Positions 1 through 15,138 of a DNA stretch of 64,000 nucleotides are shown piece by piece. Position 1 is the stretch's first letter. Each line of letters starts with the position of its first letter. The stretch lies in assembly GCF_009914755.1 (NCBI RefSeq), contig NC_060926.1, one strand, 5' to 3'. The stretch comes from the human T2T-CHM13v2.0 reference genome, Homo sapiens. Made by a program: the position numbers and the translations under genes. Below the pieces are notes generated by a model, which was not told the origin of the DNA, did no database searches, and worked only from the letters and a program-made list of their open reading frames with translations.

Positions 1-1144
1 AAAATATAGTAATTTAGAGTTTGATATTTTTTGAAAGGCTTTTTCAAATAAACCATTCTTTTGAATTCAAATGATTAAGAGGATTAAAAGTATCAAGAAT
101 TTATTTCATTAGGCATTTCCCAATGGGATCAAGTTTTTCTGAAAAAAAAAAAACTTACGTAAAACCAAGTATTAAAACATTTCCACTCAAATACATTAGG
201 GAAAGTCCCAAAATGAAGCACAGAAAAAATAATGGCAACATAAATTCAATTATTGTACCAAGTAATCGCAGAAACATGCAGAAACATGGGCATTCAAGTA
301 AATAAATTATTCTGATTTTGCTCCTAGCTGACACAAATTACTCATTTCCTTGGACTTGATACAAGAAGGCTTCAGAGAAAAAGAAGAAATGCAATCAAAG
401 AGCAAAGCACATTACTCATCATCTGCCAGCCTTGCAGCAACAGAGGTTTCCTACAGTCCCTCCCTGCCACAGCCTTGCAGGATATGTCTATAAGCCAGTC
501 TAATACATGCTTAAATGTTCTCATTTACAGACTCGATTTCCTTTTGCGGGTTCCTGCAAAAGTTCTCAATGGTGGTATTGCAACTTGCATCCAATAGCAA
601 AGTGCCTGTAGTTATTTGTTACTAATAAAGTCCTGAAGTTTTCAAATGACTTGCTTTAAAGAACTGATCCTGGATTATTTCTAAAATCAGCAAGGGCAAT
701 AAAGTATTTACAACTAGTAGGGCCTGGCATCAACTAATCAGAAAGGACACTGGCCTGAGAAGATGCTGCTGTCTCAGGTACTAGATGGTGGCGAGGTTCA
801 CGGTATCACAGAAGGAATTTGTTAGTGCAGGGGACACTGGGGAGGAGGGAGAGTCAGGACATTCTAAGCTTTCATCAACCAGGAGGGAAGTATTTCGGCA
901 TTTTAAAAACCTAGTGCATCTGTCTGTTAGGGCGAGAAAAAGCAGAATATCATTCCAGATAAATTATTTTAGCTTCACTCACATGCATCCTGGTGTGCTT
1001 TCTTGAGTGGAAGAAAGTAGATGAAGTAACATGCTGGAAATCACACATAACCTATGGCTTTCCTCATTTGTGAACCCAAGGAAGCGTGCCACATATAGAA
1101 ATACAAAGTCAGAGTTACAACTTTGCCCCCGTATTCTCACACGC

Positions 1145-1538
1145 TGTGTTAGTTAAGGCTGCCATAACAAAATACCACAGACTGGGGGGCTTCAACAACA
1201 CAAGTTTATTTTTTCACAGTTCTAGAGGCTGGATGCCCAAGAGCAAGGTGCCGTCGTTGCTGGGATCTGGGGAAGCCTCTCTTCCCGGCTTACAGATGGT
1301 AAATTTCTCCCTGGGTCCTCACATGGCCTCTCATCTGCATGGCCACAGAGAAATAGTGTTCTGGTGTCTCTACCTCTTGTTACAAAGGCACCATCAGTCT
1401 TATCCGATTAAGGTCCCATCTATAGGTCCTCCTTTAACCTTAATTACCTCCCTAAAGGGTGCATCTCCAAATACAGTCACATCAGGGGTTAGGGGTCGAA
1501 AATTCGAATTTTGGAGGTACACAATTCCATCCATAACA
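1145..1538 (-). mobile_element. MaLR solo LTR (MLT1B-like)
   Basis: Typical MLT1 text ggctgccataacaaaataccacagactgg ... ccaaatacagtcacat ... ccataaca; explains ORF 1086-1550. Confidence 0.85.
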
Positions 1539-2570
1539 CACACCACGTAAGAGGAAAGAGAGAAGCCTTCTCCCACACATTTTCTGCTTTGACCAATTTA
1601 AGTGAAGGTGAATTTGTGATTATTACTGTAGACAAAGAACCCTCTAAAAGCAGATTGTTGCTGTAGACCTGCCATATACCCATCTCAAAAAGGACCTCAC
1701 CAAACCCCAGGCCACCTTGGCTAAAACCACACCTAATTACTATAACTGTGCATCTCAATGATCAGCCAACAAGCACTACTGACTACCAACTATATTCCCA
1801 GAACCAATGGAGAGATACAAGAAGATTCACATCATTTGGGGTGAATGAGAGTATGCCTGTGAATTACCAGTGAACAAGATCAACTCATTTACATGTAATC
1901 AGTGGGGATCAGAGCCTTCCTGATGGTCATGTAGAATGTGCACAGGTAGAACCTCACTCTACAAACACACCCATGACCATCACCTCTCTCATAGCCCTCT
2001 GCCATGATTCTCATGGCAACAAGAACATTCTCTGTCATAGCGGCATAACCCTAAGCAGACTGGGCCCGGGTACCTTTTGGTGTAGGCAACATCCAGATAG
2101 CTGTTTCTTTCTCACTGTAATCATTTCCAATTTCATTCAAGAGCCTCATTCACACTGGGCTGTGATGAACATTTGGCTAACAGATTGCTTAAGTGAAAAA
2201 CACAAGAGAGTGACCACAGAGTAAAAGATAAATTAGTGGAAAAAAATCACTTGAAACTTTCACTCTAGGAAGAAAGGGACATAGCACAGGATGAGTAATA
2301 GAATCTCCCCCAGCCCACAGCCACTGCCAATAGATACTAAGATTCCAGGTAAATTAAAGGAATACATGAGAGGTCACTGAAACAGAAATCCAGCTGGGAG
2401 ACAGAAATGCAAAATTCTCTGTAGAAGAAAATGGGTAGACCAAGGGCAGTGCAACATATAGAAAAAACATGAAACTTTACAATTGGAAAAATACACATCA
2501 GAAGTTCTTACTGGTCTTATGACCTTAGCCCTCTGAGTCACAGTTTATTCATCTTTAAAATAGGTATGCT

Positions 2571-2881
<311 letters not shown>

Positions 2882-3859
2882 TTAACTACAAGGACTACAT
2901 GACAATACAGAGGCCTGCAATCACACACACCCTCCAATGTCTCTGGAACATAACAAAAACCACTATAAATATCTGTTAACAGTATAATTAGGAGCTACAC
3001 TTCCAATGTTAACTTGCAGCTGAAACCATCAACTATCATTCACAAGAATGGCAATGCCATCTGCAGTAAGACTCAGAAGTATTGGAAACCCTTCCAAGCC
3101 TTTATGTAGACAGATGAGGAGCAGCCATTTGGTTTAATATACAATTATTGTCAGAACTACCCTATAATTTGCCTCCTACAAATATCCAAATGCCACTAAA
3201 TGGGGCACAAGGTCACCGTGGTGGAGCAGACTGTCTCATAGCTGACTGTTTTATTTCTATTAGAGATGACCCAGGGCCAGATGTGTGCATGGAATCTTCT
3301 GCTGGCCTTACACTTTTAGCAAATGGATACGATGAAACGTGTCCCCAGATAACAGGCCATAGGGCAGCCAGGGCAGTTCTCCTTGCTGAATTCTGCTTCC
3401 AGCTGCTCCATGGGATGAAACTTTGTGTTCTAGGGAAGTTTTCTGTCAACTTGTCAAAACAGTCGCTCCGGCCACTCACACTTACATTTATGTTATAGGG
3501 CCCAAGTGTTTGGACAGTGACCCTACCTTGGGTGGTGCTCAGAATCCTCTCTTCCCCTAAGGATAGTTTACACAATTGGAGTTTTGTTTTTTTTTTCTTG
3601 AATATGTTTCAAGCTGGTGTTAATTCTACAAAACAGATGGGCAGCTAAATCTTTTGAAGTTGCTAAATATATTTTGAGAGCATATAATTTTTATACAACT
3701 AACGTTCAGTTTATATTTCTATCAGCTAAACTGTTATTAATATTTGCAAAAGCCAAATGTCAAAAGCATTTAAAAATGTCAAACCATGTGAACACGATTA
3801 GGGAAGGGTTTCTTGTAAGAATTGGAAAATTTCACCTAACGGTATTGTCTCTCTTATAC

Positions 3860-4510
3860 CCAGGCACAAAATGCCAAGCTCCAGGTCCTGAGCTTCAGGG
3901 GGCTTCACTCCGAGCCTCCTCTAGCCATCCCCTTCCACCAGGTGTGGGTTTCCCTGCATCATGGGGTTATGCCCATGCAGAGTCTGTGCCTCCCCTCTGC
4001 CTCATGATGTTCAGGGTATGCTGAACCAGGAATTTGTTTCCAAATGGGCCCAAGCCTGCTTCCAGGACCTGCTGGGTATGTGTGCGCACCCAAGATCCAA
4101 AAAGTAGCCAAATGCTGGCAGCAGGCATGGGATGTGGACAGAGTATAGACATGACAGCTAGGGTGTACACACATGTGCACCCCAGGCCCTTAGTGGTAAT
4201 GGGAACATGGAGCTGGGGGTGAGAGAAGAAAGGGAGCCAACCAAACCACTGGGCTGCAAGCTGGGTGTTAGGAATTGGCTGCCCCTGTACCAAATGGGCC
4301 AAAATGGAACTCCAAGGACTATGAGAATGCCATGCTTGATTCGGCCTTCCAGGTCATGATGAAGATACATTCATCAAGGAGAACACATTTTACATGGCAT
4401 TTTATTTTGCTGACTTGGTTTATAACTTGTATATATTTAGACCCGTAGAATGTGGGCTGCCATTTATATACTCTTGTTCTAGGCCTTGTAAATATTAGGA
4501 GTAGGACTGC
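3860..4510. mobile_element. Old hAT-Tip100 DNA transposon (MER115/Zaphod-like)
   Basis: Terminal segment gtgggctgccatttatatactcttgttctaggccttgtaaatattaggagtaggactg resembles the MER115 end. Left boundary approximate. Confidence 0.5.
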
Positions 4511-4629
4511 ATCAGAGTTAGGTTTAGAAAATTATAGACTTGCAAATAAGAGTAATTGTATTAAGTTCTGTTAATTTCTTCAGCAAAACTAAGATTGCAA
4601 CTAATAATCTATAAGAAAGCAGCATGTCT

Positions 4630-6130
4630 TGGAGGTATTCTCTTCTTTTATTTTCATAAAACATTACAAACATCTGCAAAAGTAAAGGTTCCAGTATAAG
4701 AAATGCTCACATGCTTGATTATAACCAACTCAAAGCCAATTGAGTTTCAACATTAACTCCTGATCCTCCCTCCAAATTATTTAAATTACATCACACAAGC
4801 ATATCTTTTCAGCCATATTTATGTCAGTATGGATAGGTATGTCTTTTAAATATGTCTTTTAAAAAACATAGCCATATGTTATCACACCTAAAAACATGAA
4901 CTATATCAAATATTCAGGGAGTAGACAAATATTCCAACCATATCTTCAGATTGTCTCATTTGTTTTCTTTTTTGCAGTATTTTCAAATCAGGATCCAAAT
5001 AGGGTTCACCCAATGTCTCACGACACTATTCTTGATCTATAGGTTTTCTCCCCACCTCTTTTTTCCTTCCTTGTACTTTATTTGTTGAAAAAAACAGGTC
5101 ATTTGTTCCGTAGAATTTCCCATAGTTTGGATTTTGCAGAACCTAGTCTTATAGTGTTTCCTATAAGTTGTTCATTGTATCTACAGGCTTGATGAGATTC
5201 AAGGTTCATTTTTTTGGCAAAGTTGCTTCATAGATAGTTTTGGGTATTTCCATCAAGAGACACAAGATGTATAAATGTCTCTCTCTGGTATGTTAGCACT
5301 ATTTCTGATGCACTATTTCATTAAAAATTGCAAAATAGCTTCTAATTATATTCTTCTTTCTCCATTTATTAGCTAAAATTTCTTACAAAGGGAAACTTCT
5401 CTCCACTGAGGATGATTTAGTTACAGGTCTTAAAGACAGAATGCTTCTTTCTCATTGCTTATCAATTTTGAAAATAAAAAGTTGGTTTCCTAGAATCCCC
5501 TAAAGGTTTTCCTGGGGTTGTTTTGTATTATTATAAGTGAAAGGATTTAAACAAAAGCTGACATGCTTTAATACACTGCAGTTAGTATTCTTATTGATGT
5601 ATGAATTGAGCTGTTTTTGATTGGTGGAAGACTTTTCAAATTGGATCCTGGACATTTTAACAACAGCCTCAGACTGCTATGACAAAAACAACACTACCTC
5701 TAAAAATATGACCACTAAAAGCAACGATATTTTGTGGATTTCTTTTTGTCATGAATATGCATCCCACTACAAGTGTACAAGCATCTGTTTTCAAGTCACT
5801 TCAAATGATTGTTCACTCTGTAGATTTGCCATCAACCACAATTGCAGTTAGATTTACTGGTTTTGCTTTCAATCTGGGGGAATTTTAAAATTAGATGTTA
5901 TGTTACAATTTTATTAAACATGTAAGTATTTATAAAGTCAAATCCTCAAAACAAGGTTTATTAAGAGAAATTTAGCTTCTATTCTTGTCCCATCCCATCT
6001 TCTCTCTTTCTATTTAAAGTTAACAACTTCTTAAGACTTACATCATTCTTCCAAATACATCTCTTTCTGTATGTTTGTTTACATGTGTGTGGACATACAC
6101 ACATGTACAAATTCCATTTATCTGGAGGTA
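4630..6130 (-). mobile_element. Degenerate old L1 (L1ME-like) 3' region
   Basis: T-rich motifs of ancient L1 3' ends, e.g. aaatcaggatccaaatagggttcac and ggtcatttgttccgtagaatttcccatagtttggattttgc. Confidence 0.5.
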
Positions 6131-6138
6131 AATTGAAG

Positions 6139-6144
6139 TATATA

Positions 6145-6230
<86 letters not shown>
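6139..6230. repeat. Compound microsatellite (TG)6(TA)16...(CA)18
   Basis: Read directly from the sequence. Confidence 0.97.
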
Positions 6231-6232
<2 letters not shown>

Positions 6233-6769
6233 CCTTCTCAACCTGGTATGGAGATTGGTGATTTGCTTTTTCCGGTGATTGATTATTTTGTTTTACATGA
6301 AAACAAGATTGAAATATTGAAAATGAGGAACTCTAGATAAATATTTTTTGTAAAGTAGTGCTATGGAAATGATGTTGAACTCTCTAAGTCACCATATTTA
6401 AATCTACCATTCACTTCAAATTTAACTGAAGATCAATTTCTCCAATTGTTAAGGGTTCATTAATCAAGTAATTCTGGAAAAGGGCATATTGATATTTGAA
6501 CTTAATTATTACGAAGTTTTATAAGTTTTAGAATGAACTTGAAAATGTATGTCTAACTTTTTTGTAACTTACGCAAAATAAGAAAAATTTGTCAGTCATG
6601 CAGAACATACCTCAAGCAATTAATAAATACACTGATATATTCTCAAAGACACTGGAAGAAAAAACTTTAGTAAAACGGTATATATCTAAAACTATATACT
6701 TGCTCCAAACATAAATATTGCACTGATGCAAACACTAAATTTTTGAGAAGCTTAACATATATTAATTTT

Positions 6770-7345
6770 TGTAGTGTACAACAGGAAGAGAACCCTTAAG
6801 GGACAGACAGACCTGACTTAAATCCTGATTCAGCCATTAGTGGCTGTGTGGCCTTTGCAAATTGCTTAACCTTTCTGGGCTTTATTTTCTTTATTTATCA
6901 AATATGGATGCTAATAGTTCCTCACTGGTCTATAATCAATAAGATTATTTGTTTAAAGCATGCAGAAACGCAACTGGTACAAGGCCAATGCTCAATAATA
7001 TTAGCTCACTTGTTCTTTTGTAGACAACATACATAGAAGACAGTATGAATAATGGTTAAGACCTAGGGTATCTGAGTTCATACAACAGCTACGATACATC
7101 CAAGCAGTATGAAGATGGGCAAGTTATTTAACTCATGGGAGCCTCAGTTTCCTCATCTGTAAAGGAGAGAGGCTAAGAATATCTTCCGTAGAGGACTGTT
7201 TTAAGAATTAAATTACATGTAATATTATAGTTCGTCTAAAAGGAAGGGATGCTTATTTGTTTCATTTCACTGTTATAACACTGGTACCTAAAATAGTGCT
7301 GGCACTTGGTAATTCTCCTTAAGTGTTAATAAAAAATAAATGAGA
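6770..7345 (+). mobile_element. Two MIR fragments followed by an L2 3' end
   Basis: MIR core gggcaagttatttaactc...gcctcagtttcctcatctgtaaa; L2 end ggtacctaaaatagtgctggcact. Confidence 0.65.
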
Positions 7346-9032
7346 TAACTGTTCGAATCTCACGTATTTCATGTTACTTTCAAGTTGCTGCTTTTCACAT
7401 CTAAGAGTTCTTTCCTCATGCTCTGAGACTTAGTCCTTCGCCTCTCCGGATTTTATTAAATGATGGATGTTCTCACTGTCAGTGTAATCTCCAAGGTCCT
7501 GGCCTTTCCTGAACTGGGGTTTGGGTGCACTGAGACGGTAACTACAGCCTTACTACCCCACTACTCAATTCTTTACTCAAGAGAGGCTGCTTAGAAAGTC
7601 TGGGTCTGCAGAATCTCATAGTCATTCCAATCTATTAGACCTGTAGGATATTTCCGGATAACATATCATGTGCTTTGGTGATTGTTTCTGAAAAGGCAAT
7701 AGACTTGTAAGTGTTCTATGTGTCATGCATATTGGAAGTACACTAAATATATTACTACTTCACTGGGGACTCTCTTGACAATAATGTGAATTGCTGAGGG
7801 AACAGAAATCAATTTTTAAAGTGTTTCTGACATCAAAGGTGACCGCTGGGCTTCAGGAAAAGAGTTCAAAGTAAGATTGACTTCGTGATTGAGATATTCA
7901 TAAGACTCACACTGCAAAGGTAGGTTGGGCATTCTTCCACTGCCCAAGATGCAAGCGAATGATGCAGGCAGATTCCAAGCTGAGTTTGCTGAGATAAGGG
8001 CCTTCAAGGAACTGAGTTCCGGCAACATGCATTGTGAGTACCCATACCATCAGGTCTGTCTTTGTATTCTGTTCTCTGAACCTAAAATGCCCCTTCTTCA
8101 GTTCTCTATTAAACCCTCTTCACCTGCACATGCTTCAATACTCATCTCAAATGAATCCATTTCTGGCTGGCAGAGTTTTCATCTATCATTTTTTTCTCCC
8201 TGTCTTATAGCAAATATTGGATCCTAACCTTAGTTATTTTCACATGTAACTCTTTTTTTTACCCTACGATCCTTGGCAACAGGGGATATGGCTTACTTAT
8301 TTCTGTGTCTCCACACCTTGCTTAGCATAGAGCCAAACCAATTTTTTTTTTAATTATCATACTTCAGGTTTAGTAGTATCTGCAAAAAAAAAGTATTCTT
8401 TATACAGTATTATCTAAGTGGAAATTTTATTTTAAAATTCAATAGAAATAATATAAATTAGATTTTTTTTAAATCTCAATATGATGGACCAGGTTGGCCA
8501 AATACCATCCACAGTGAGGGTTATTAAACGGTAGATTCAAACAGCAGCATGGTCCATCAGAAATAATACTTTATTCATTTACTTCACCATTTATTGTGCA
8601 CCTACTATGTGCCAGGCTAAAATCATAAGCAGCTTACATTTTACAAAGGGAAGATATAATATGCAGCTGCAAAATGCCAGCAAGAAAAAAATATAATTTT
8701 GTGATAAAAGTCTGTAATCAAGTGAGTAAAGTAGAATATTATAAAAGGCATCAGGGAGATGGTGAATTTGGAGCTGGATTTTGTTAGCTAAACACATATT
8801 GTCCAAGCCAACAGCAAAGGGAAAATTTGGGCCATCTTAGCTACATTAAATGGCTACACAGTCCATGTCATAAATGCAATTATAACTTGATGGTGGTCTA
8901 TGTATTTGGAAACACTGACTCAATCTTCAGCAAAAGTGGTTTGAAAATGAAATGGGAAAATACACTAAGCAAGCAGAGACCATAAAAGAGGCACTAATGA
9001 CATAAACATTCAACCTTCCTTACAAACTTTGA

Positions 9033-9367
<335 letters not shown>

Positions 9368-9527
9368 CAGTTTTCCTTTTAATTTGCTATAATTGTATCT
9401 ATCCCACTGGCTCAAGAGTCTCTTAGGTGCAATCTCAGCAGGGTGATAATAATTAAGTTCAAGAAATTCTGTAGGTGGCAGAGCATGTCAATCTATGAGA
9501 AAGGATGAATTCTGCATGAAATACAAT

Positions 9528-9748
9528 TGCTTAGATCAGTAGGGTAAATATAGTTTAAAACAATCTATTGTATATTTCAAAATAGCTAGAAGAGAGTAAT
9601 TTGAATGTTTCTAGCAAAAGATAAATATTTAAGGTGGTAGAAATCCCAATACCAGTAATTTCCTATTTTCAAATTATACGAATGTATTAAAATATCACTT
9701 GCACTCCAAAATTATGTACATCTATTATCTATCAATAAATTTAAAAAA
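9528..9748 (+). mobile_element. L1MA-type 3' end fragment
   Basis: tattgtatatttcaaaatagctagaagagag...atgtacatctattat...aataaatttaaaaaa. Confidence 0.75.
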
Positions 9749-11149
9749 CCTCCACTTTCTATTACAGATTATAAACTACAAAACAAATAAATGATGGAAC
9801 AGAAAGAGTGTGTGACCAGAAGTCAGAAGCCCTGGGTTCTGGGTTGGGGTCCACATAGCCATGTGATCATAAGCAAGTTACCTCATTTTTTAAGCTTCAA
9901 TATAATATTTATTATTATTAATATATATGATTCGATATCATATAATATGCTCTCCCTATCATATGTAAGGTTATAATGAGAAATGAATGAAATAACATAG
10001 GGAATGATTTTGGAAATGATAAAACATAAAAGTAAAAAGTACTGTCATTTCTGTAACCATGGGGATATCAATATTAATTAAAATGCTTATTATAAAACAC
10101 AACTGCTAAAGCGGTTACAGAAAATAAACAAGGAAAAAGAAATGTATATTTCTGTCTTGAGAAAATGCATGCTGTCAGTTGTTACTCCTGCAAATGACAG
10201 GTGAAAACCTTTGGTCAGGAGAAATGTGCAAAGAATTCTGAAACACAGTTTAATAAAAACTACAACACATTTCTTTTGTCAGAACCCCATAGCTTCAGCA
10301 TAGCTAATTCTCTGCTTCATTCTCAAGAAACATTCTTAAAAGCTTGAGGCTGTTTGTTAGCAACAGATGTAGACATTTATAAACAAGGACCATCTTAACA
10401 GAATTATTTCTCACGAATTAAATAAAGGATCCCAAAGAATGGTTCCAACTGTTTACAGTTAGCACTTAGACTTATACTATGTGGGAACAGTGTTCATTAA
10501 ATGCACTGCCTATGGACCATAAAGGTAATCAGAACAACAATCTATACTACTGGGACTGCTGCCTCTGCCTCTGCCCCATATGCAAACCTTAGAGAGATTG
10601 GTATAAATGTTATCTGAGAGCCATAAAACACTCTCAGAAAGTAAACTTTAGCTTATGGGAAGTAAACCTTCAGTTCACCAAATTCCATTTAGTGCCCTGC
10701 AGAAAGAATTCTGCAAAGAGTATTCTGAAAGAGGCAACTCATCTTTTATAGGTGAGCACTCCATCACAGAAGCCCAGAGATGAGAAATCAGGTCTTCATC
10801 CTCCCAGGCCATCACAGTTTATAACTCTAAGAATGATGACTATTATCAAAACTTTAAAGATCCCCAGAAATGGCCATTCTACAACCTCCCTTGGAAGCAA
10901 ATTTCTGTCATAAACACACTATCTGTAAAATTCTTCTATATGCTTAACCTAAGTCTAGCAGAATTCTGGCTGCATCTTTCTACTTTAGTGAAGATATTCA
11001 TTCATTCATTCTTCAATCAACAAATTTTTTTTTAATGCTTATGATGGCAAAGGTTATTGGTGATAGTATAAGAGAGGAACAGGGGAACAAACAATGTCCC
11101 CTGGATAGGCAGCGACCTTTAACTCTTTATTTAGATCATTATTAGGAGC

Positions 11150-12315
11150 AATGTATGAAAATAACTGCCAATTTGTAGAAAATACCGATGCCAGAAAAAC
11201 ATGGTGCCCAGTCCCAAGTACGGTAATCAACAAAACTTAGACTGTAGGAAACTCTACAGGTCCAATATTATAGGTCTTTAACGCATAAAATATGAAGGAA
11301 AAGGAAGGGATGGACAGTAACCTGTAGGTTCAAAGAAACTTAAAAGACATATCCAGTTGTTTTTTTAACAGATGCACAAGACTAAACTGAAGGGTCTGGG
11401 AATGCACATTAAATGATGAAACTATTAAAAACACAGGAGGGTTATTGCCATAAGGTCACACTAATAGCTTATTGGAAAAAGACAAAGGTTGAGGCTGAGA
11501 AGAGGTACCCAGATGGGATTCTGGGTGGCCGGCAGAGTCTCCTTTCTTGACCTAGCATTGGTTACAAAGCCATTCACCTTAGAATTATTCCTTAAGCCAG
11601 ACATTTATTTATTTTGTGTGGCTTCCTTTGTCTATGTTTTGTTTTTGAAGAAGCATGTATGGATATGAAGCAACTAGAGCTCCTATACATTGCTACATTG
11701 CTAGTAGAAATGCAAAAAGGCACAGATAATTTGGAAAACAGTTTGGCAGTTCCTTATGGAATTAAACAAATGCTTACTATATGGCTCTGTGGTCCCACCC
11801 TAGTTATCTTCCCAAAAGGTAAACACAACACTCTAAGACCTGGACATGAATGTTGATAGCAGCTTTAATCACATTCACTCAAAACGGGAGGGAATCCAAA
11901 TGTCTATCAACAGGTGAATGAATAAACAAATAGTAGTATATCTACATAACAGAATACTATTCACGAATAAGAAAATGAACTACTGATTTTTGCAAAAACA
12001 TGGACACATCAAAAAAGAATCACACAAAGTCAAAGAAGCCAGACCAAAAAGTTCCATACTTTATGACTTCGTCATTTATAAGCCTTTCTGGAAAAGGCAA
12101 AACTATAAGGAGAGAAATAAGACTAGTAGTTACCAGGGGCTTGGGAGGGAAATGAGAACAAAGAGGGAGGGAGAGAACTGGTCCAGGACATGAAAATATT
12201 CTGTATTTTAATTGTGGTGGTAGTTACATGAGGGTCAATGATTGTCCAAACTTATCTAAACTATAAACGTAAGAAAAGTGGATTTTCTATAAACCACACC
12301 AAAAAATAAAACATT
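11150..12315 (+). mobile_element. Old L1 3' fragments (L1MC/L1ME-type)
   Basis: ttggaaaacagtttggcagttcc, caaatgtctatcaacaggtgaatgaataaacaaa, aaggcaaaactata. Confidence 0.7.
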
Positions 12316-13851
12316 TATTATTGAAAGTAGAAATCAATTCAGTTTTCAGTTTTAAAACATTATTCTGTATCTCACACATTTTCTTAAAGGAAAAAATGTG
12401 TTGGAGTAGGGACAGTAATGTATCAGAAGTTATAATATGTTATTAAAACATATTTAGAGGAGAGACTAAATCATTGGTATTTTTATTGATGGCTCTTTCT
12501 TCAGAGAAATTGTTAAAAAGTGAAAACAATTCTGGTTGTCATAAAGTTATCTCTGTTTAGACTTTTTACCAAACCAGTTCAAATAAATCCTAAAGTGGAC
12601 AACATCAGAGCCAAGAGCAATCTTGGTTATATGTTCACAGCAGAGTATCTTAACTTCCTTTTGCCAGCCAAGTTCCCCAGTATTTAATTTTGGCTGTTCC
12701 CAACAGAAATTTTTCATCTAGGCTCGGCAGTTTTCTAATCTCAACTTCTCCAGAGTCAAGTAACCAAAATAGACATGGCCAAAACCCAGTCCCACAGAGC
12801 CTCCCTGTGATTACAGCATGGACAATAAGACAGTCTCCTCCAAGACCTCAACATAAAACTCATTGTTAGAATCTTCAAGAAGGCCTGGTTACAAATGTGA
12901 AATTATTACTTCACCCAATAAGTAAGTACATTTCATTTCTAATGCAGGGCCTTTTAAAAAGCATAAAAAGCATTATAAAACTATAATGCAATTGAATTTA
13001 CTCATTTTACAGATGAGCAAATTGAGACCCAAAAGGGTCAAATTACTTAACCAGAGTTATTAAGCTACTTAGAGGTACACTGACACCAGGTCCTGGACAA
13101 CCCATTAAATAAGAGAGTGCTCTTTGCAATGAAATTGGAACTATACTCTGTGTTAATACTGTTTTCTCTACAGGGATGAATAATAGGCAACATGACTTTC
13201 ACGTTGTCTACTCAAAAACATATACCTCTTTAAAAAAATTTAAGAAGAAACATGTGACCATTTCATCGTTTATTAGGCAGAAAGAGAAATACAAAACAAT
13301 AAAGTAATGTTCAGCTTTCAGTAAGTTAGTATTTGCCCAAGGAGCCGAAAACAGCCTTTCTTTCCAGTTTGCTACATAATTGGTTTTGGCTTTCCTTTGC
13401 AATGCTTAAGGGAGAGCTTACATGCTAGATCACTAAGATACAAACTTCTGACACCAAAATATGATCCATATTATGTTATCCAGGCATTTTAAAAGAGGTC
13501 ATTTAAAATCTTTTCTTCCATCTGTTGTAATTTGAAGAAAATTTATCCTTGAACCAATGTTGCTTTACCATCTTCAACTTCTGGTAGATTCACACAGAGC
13601 AGCAGATGAGAGGCCCCAATTTTTATGAAAAGTCTCAGGCAGAAATATTGCTGATGATGTGGAAATAGCAATTCCAAATCAACAGAAAATTGCCCTCTGT
13701 ATTCATCAGGAGGAACAAGGCACTCAGGAGAGCCAGCCTCTGAGACAGGTCAAAGTTGACGAACAGTCAGACATGGGAACAAGTGCAGAAGAGGAGAAGA
13801 GCTCTGTGCTGATGCTTGTCCAAAGGTCAATTGACAGCTTTTCTCATCTTG

Positions 13852-13867
13852 TTACATTTTCCTCCTT
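13852..13867 (-). CDS. NCKAP5: Coding part of a candidate alternative terminal exon of NCKAP5 (adds RRKM*)
   Basis: Acceptor ttttctctgcatctttag|A AGG AGG AAA ATG TAA joins the phase-2 end of exon 20044-20177 to give ...FSR-RRKM*. Consistent with my unverified recollection of a short ~118-aa isoform. Confidence 0.65.
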
Positions 13868-14838
13868 CTAAAGATGCAGAGAAAATGTTCTTTTAATGTA
13901 CCAGATACAGAAGCAGAAGGGAGTACATGGGTAGAACATTTAAGGGCATATTATCCTCTTCAACACACACTTCTATGCCAGGTGCCTACAGTTTCCAAAT
14001 GGGCAGCAGAAAATGAACCCTAGGATTCCATAAAGTCTCTGAGAACCGATAATGTGAACAGCAATGAATGAACGAGTTAAGCGGTAAAACCATCTCCATT
14101 TACGACTCCTTGAAGTTCAGCATGCAGCAGACTGCACTTAAGCACAGCAATCAACTGTGATAGGAGAATCCCCATTACAGTAAGTAAAGAAATAGCTTCA
14201 AGGCTGTGGATGACGGTGCCAGGGGAGAAGGTCAGAACAGGTGCAAAGAAATCCTGAAGGTAGGGAGTGAAAGCTTGAGTTCCATGTGGGTGATTTTTAA
14301 CTATCCTGGTCAAATATGGGTGGCAAACCTTAATTATTCCCCCTTATTTAGAGGTACAATGACTGGTGTAAACACACAAGGAACATTTCAAGGCTGAAGA
14401 GGCCTGAAATCAAGTATCTTTATTCCTGATATTTGGGTTGTAAAATGGTTTGCTAAGAATGTTTACAAATTATGTCTGCCAGGTGCTAAATCTCCCAGAT
14501 CAATTTTAATTTAAATCTTCAAACACGCTGCAGCACAGAGCTGTGACACAATAAAATGTGTAGTATTACTGTTGTCACTATGCAATCATTAATTTCATCT
14601 GACTATTCATGCCTCAGCATAATAAACCATTAACAAGTATGAAGTCTGGCTGTTCTGAATCTGGACAGAAGTCCTCTTTATTTACAGCTAAGCTATAAAT
14701 ACGGTGTTTTGTTCATATATGTACGTAAGACTTCTCTATCTAAATTCTACTTTTTCTTGAGGGCATAAACGGTGTTACTAGGCACACAATAAAAGTGTTT
14801 GTTTCCTGTTGAAAATAGCAGCTTTCATTACTAATCTA

Positions 14839-15138
<300 letters not shown>

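Noticed and set aside
1086-1550. 154-aa ORF, the longest in the track
   Set aside because: Mostly MLT1 LTR sequence; chance ORF.
3148-4370. Cluster of overlapping ORFs up to 135 aa on both strands
   Set aside because: No recognisable protein or convincing splice sites; partly inside a DNA-transposon fossil.
7816-8227. Possible RNA pseudogene or antisense exon with + strand donors near 7871 and 8034
   Set aside because: No match to 7SK or other RNAs I can recall; isolated donor motifs are not enough.
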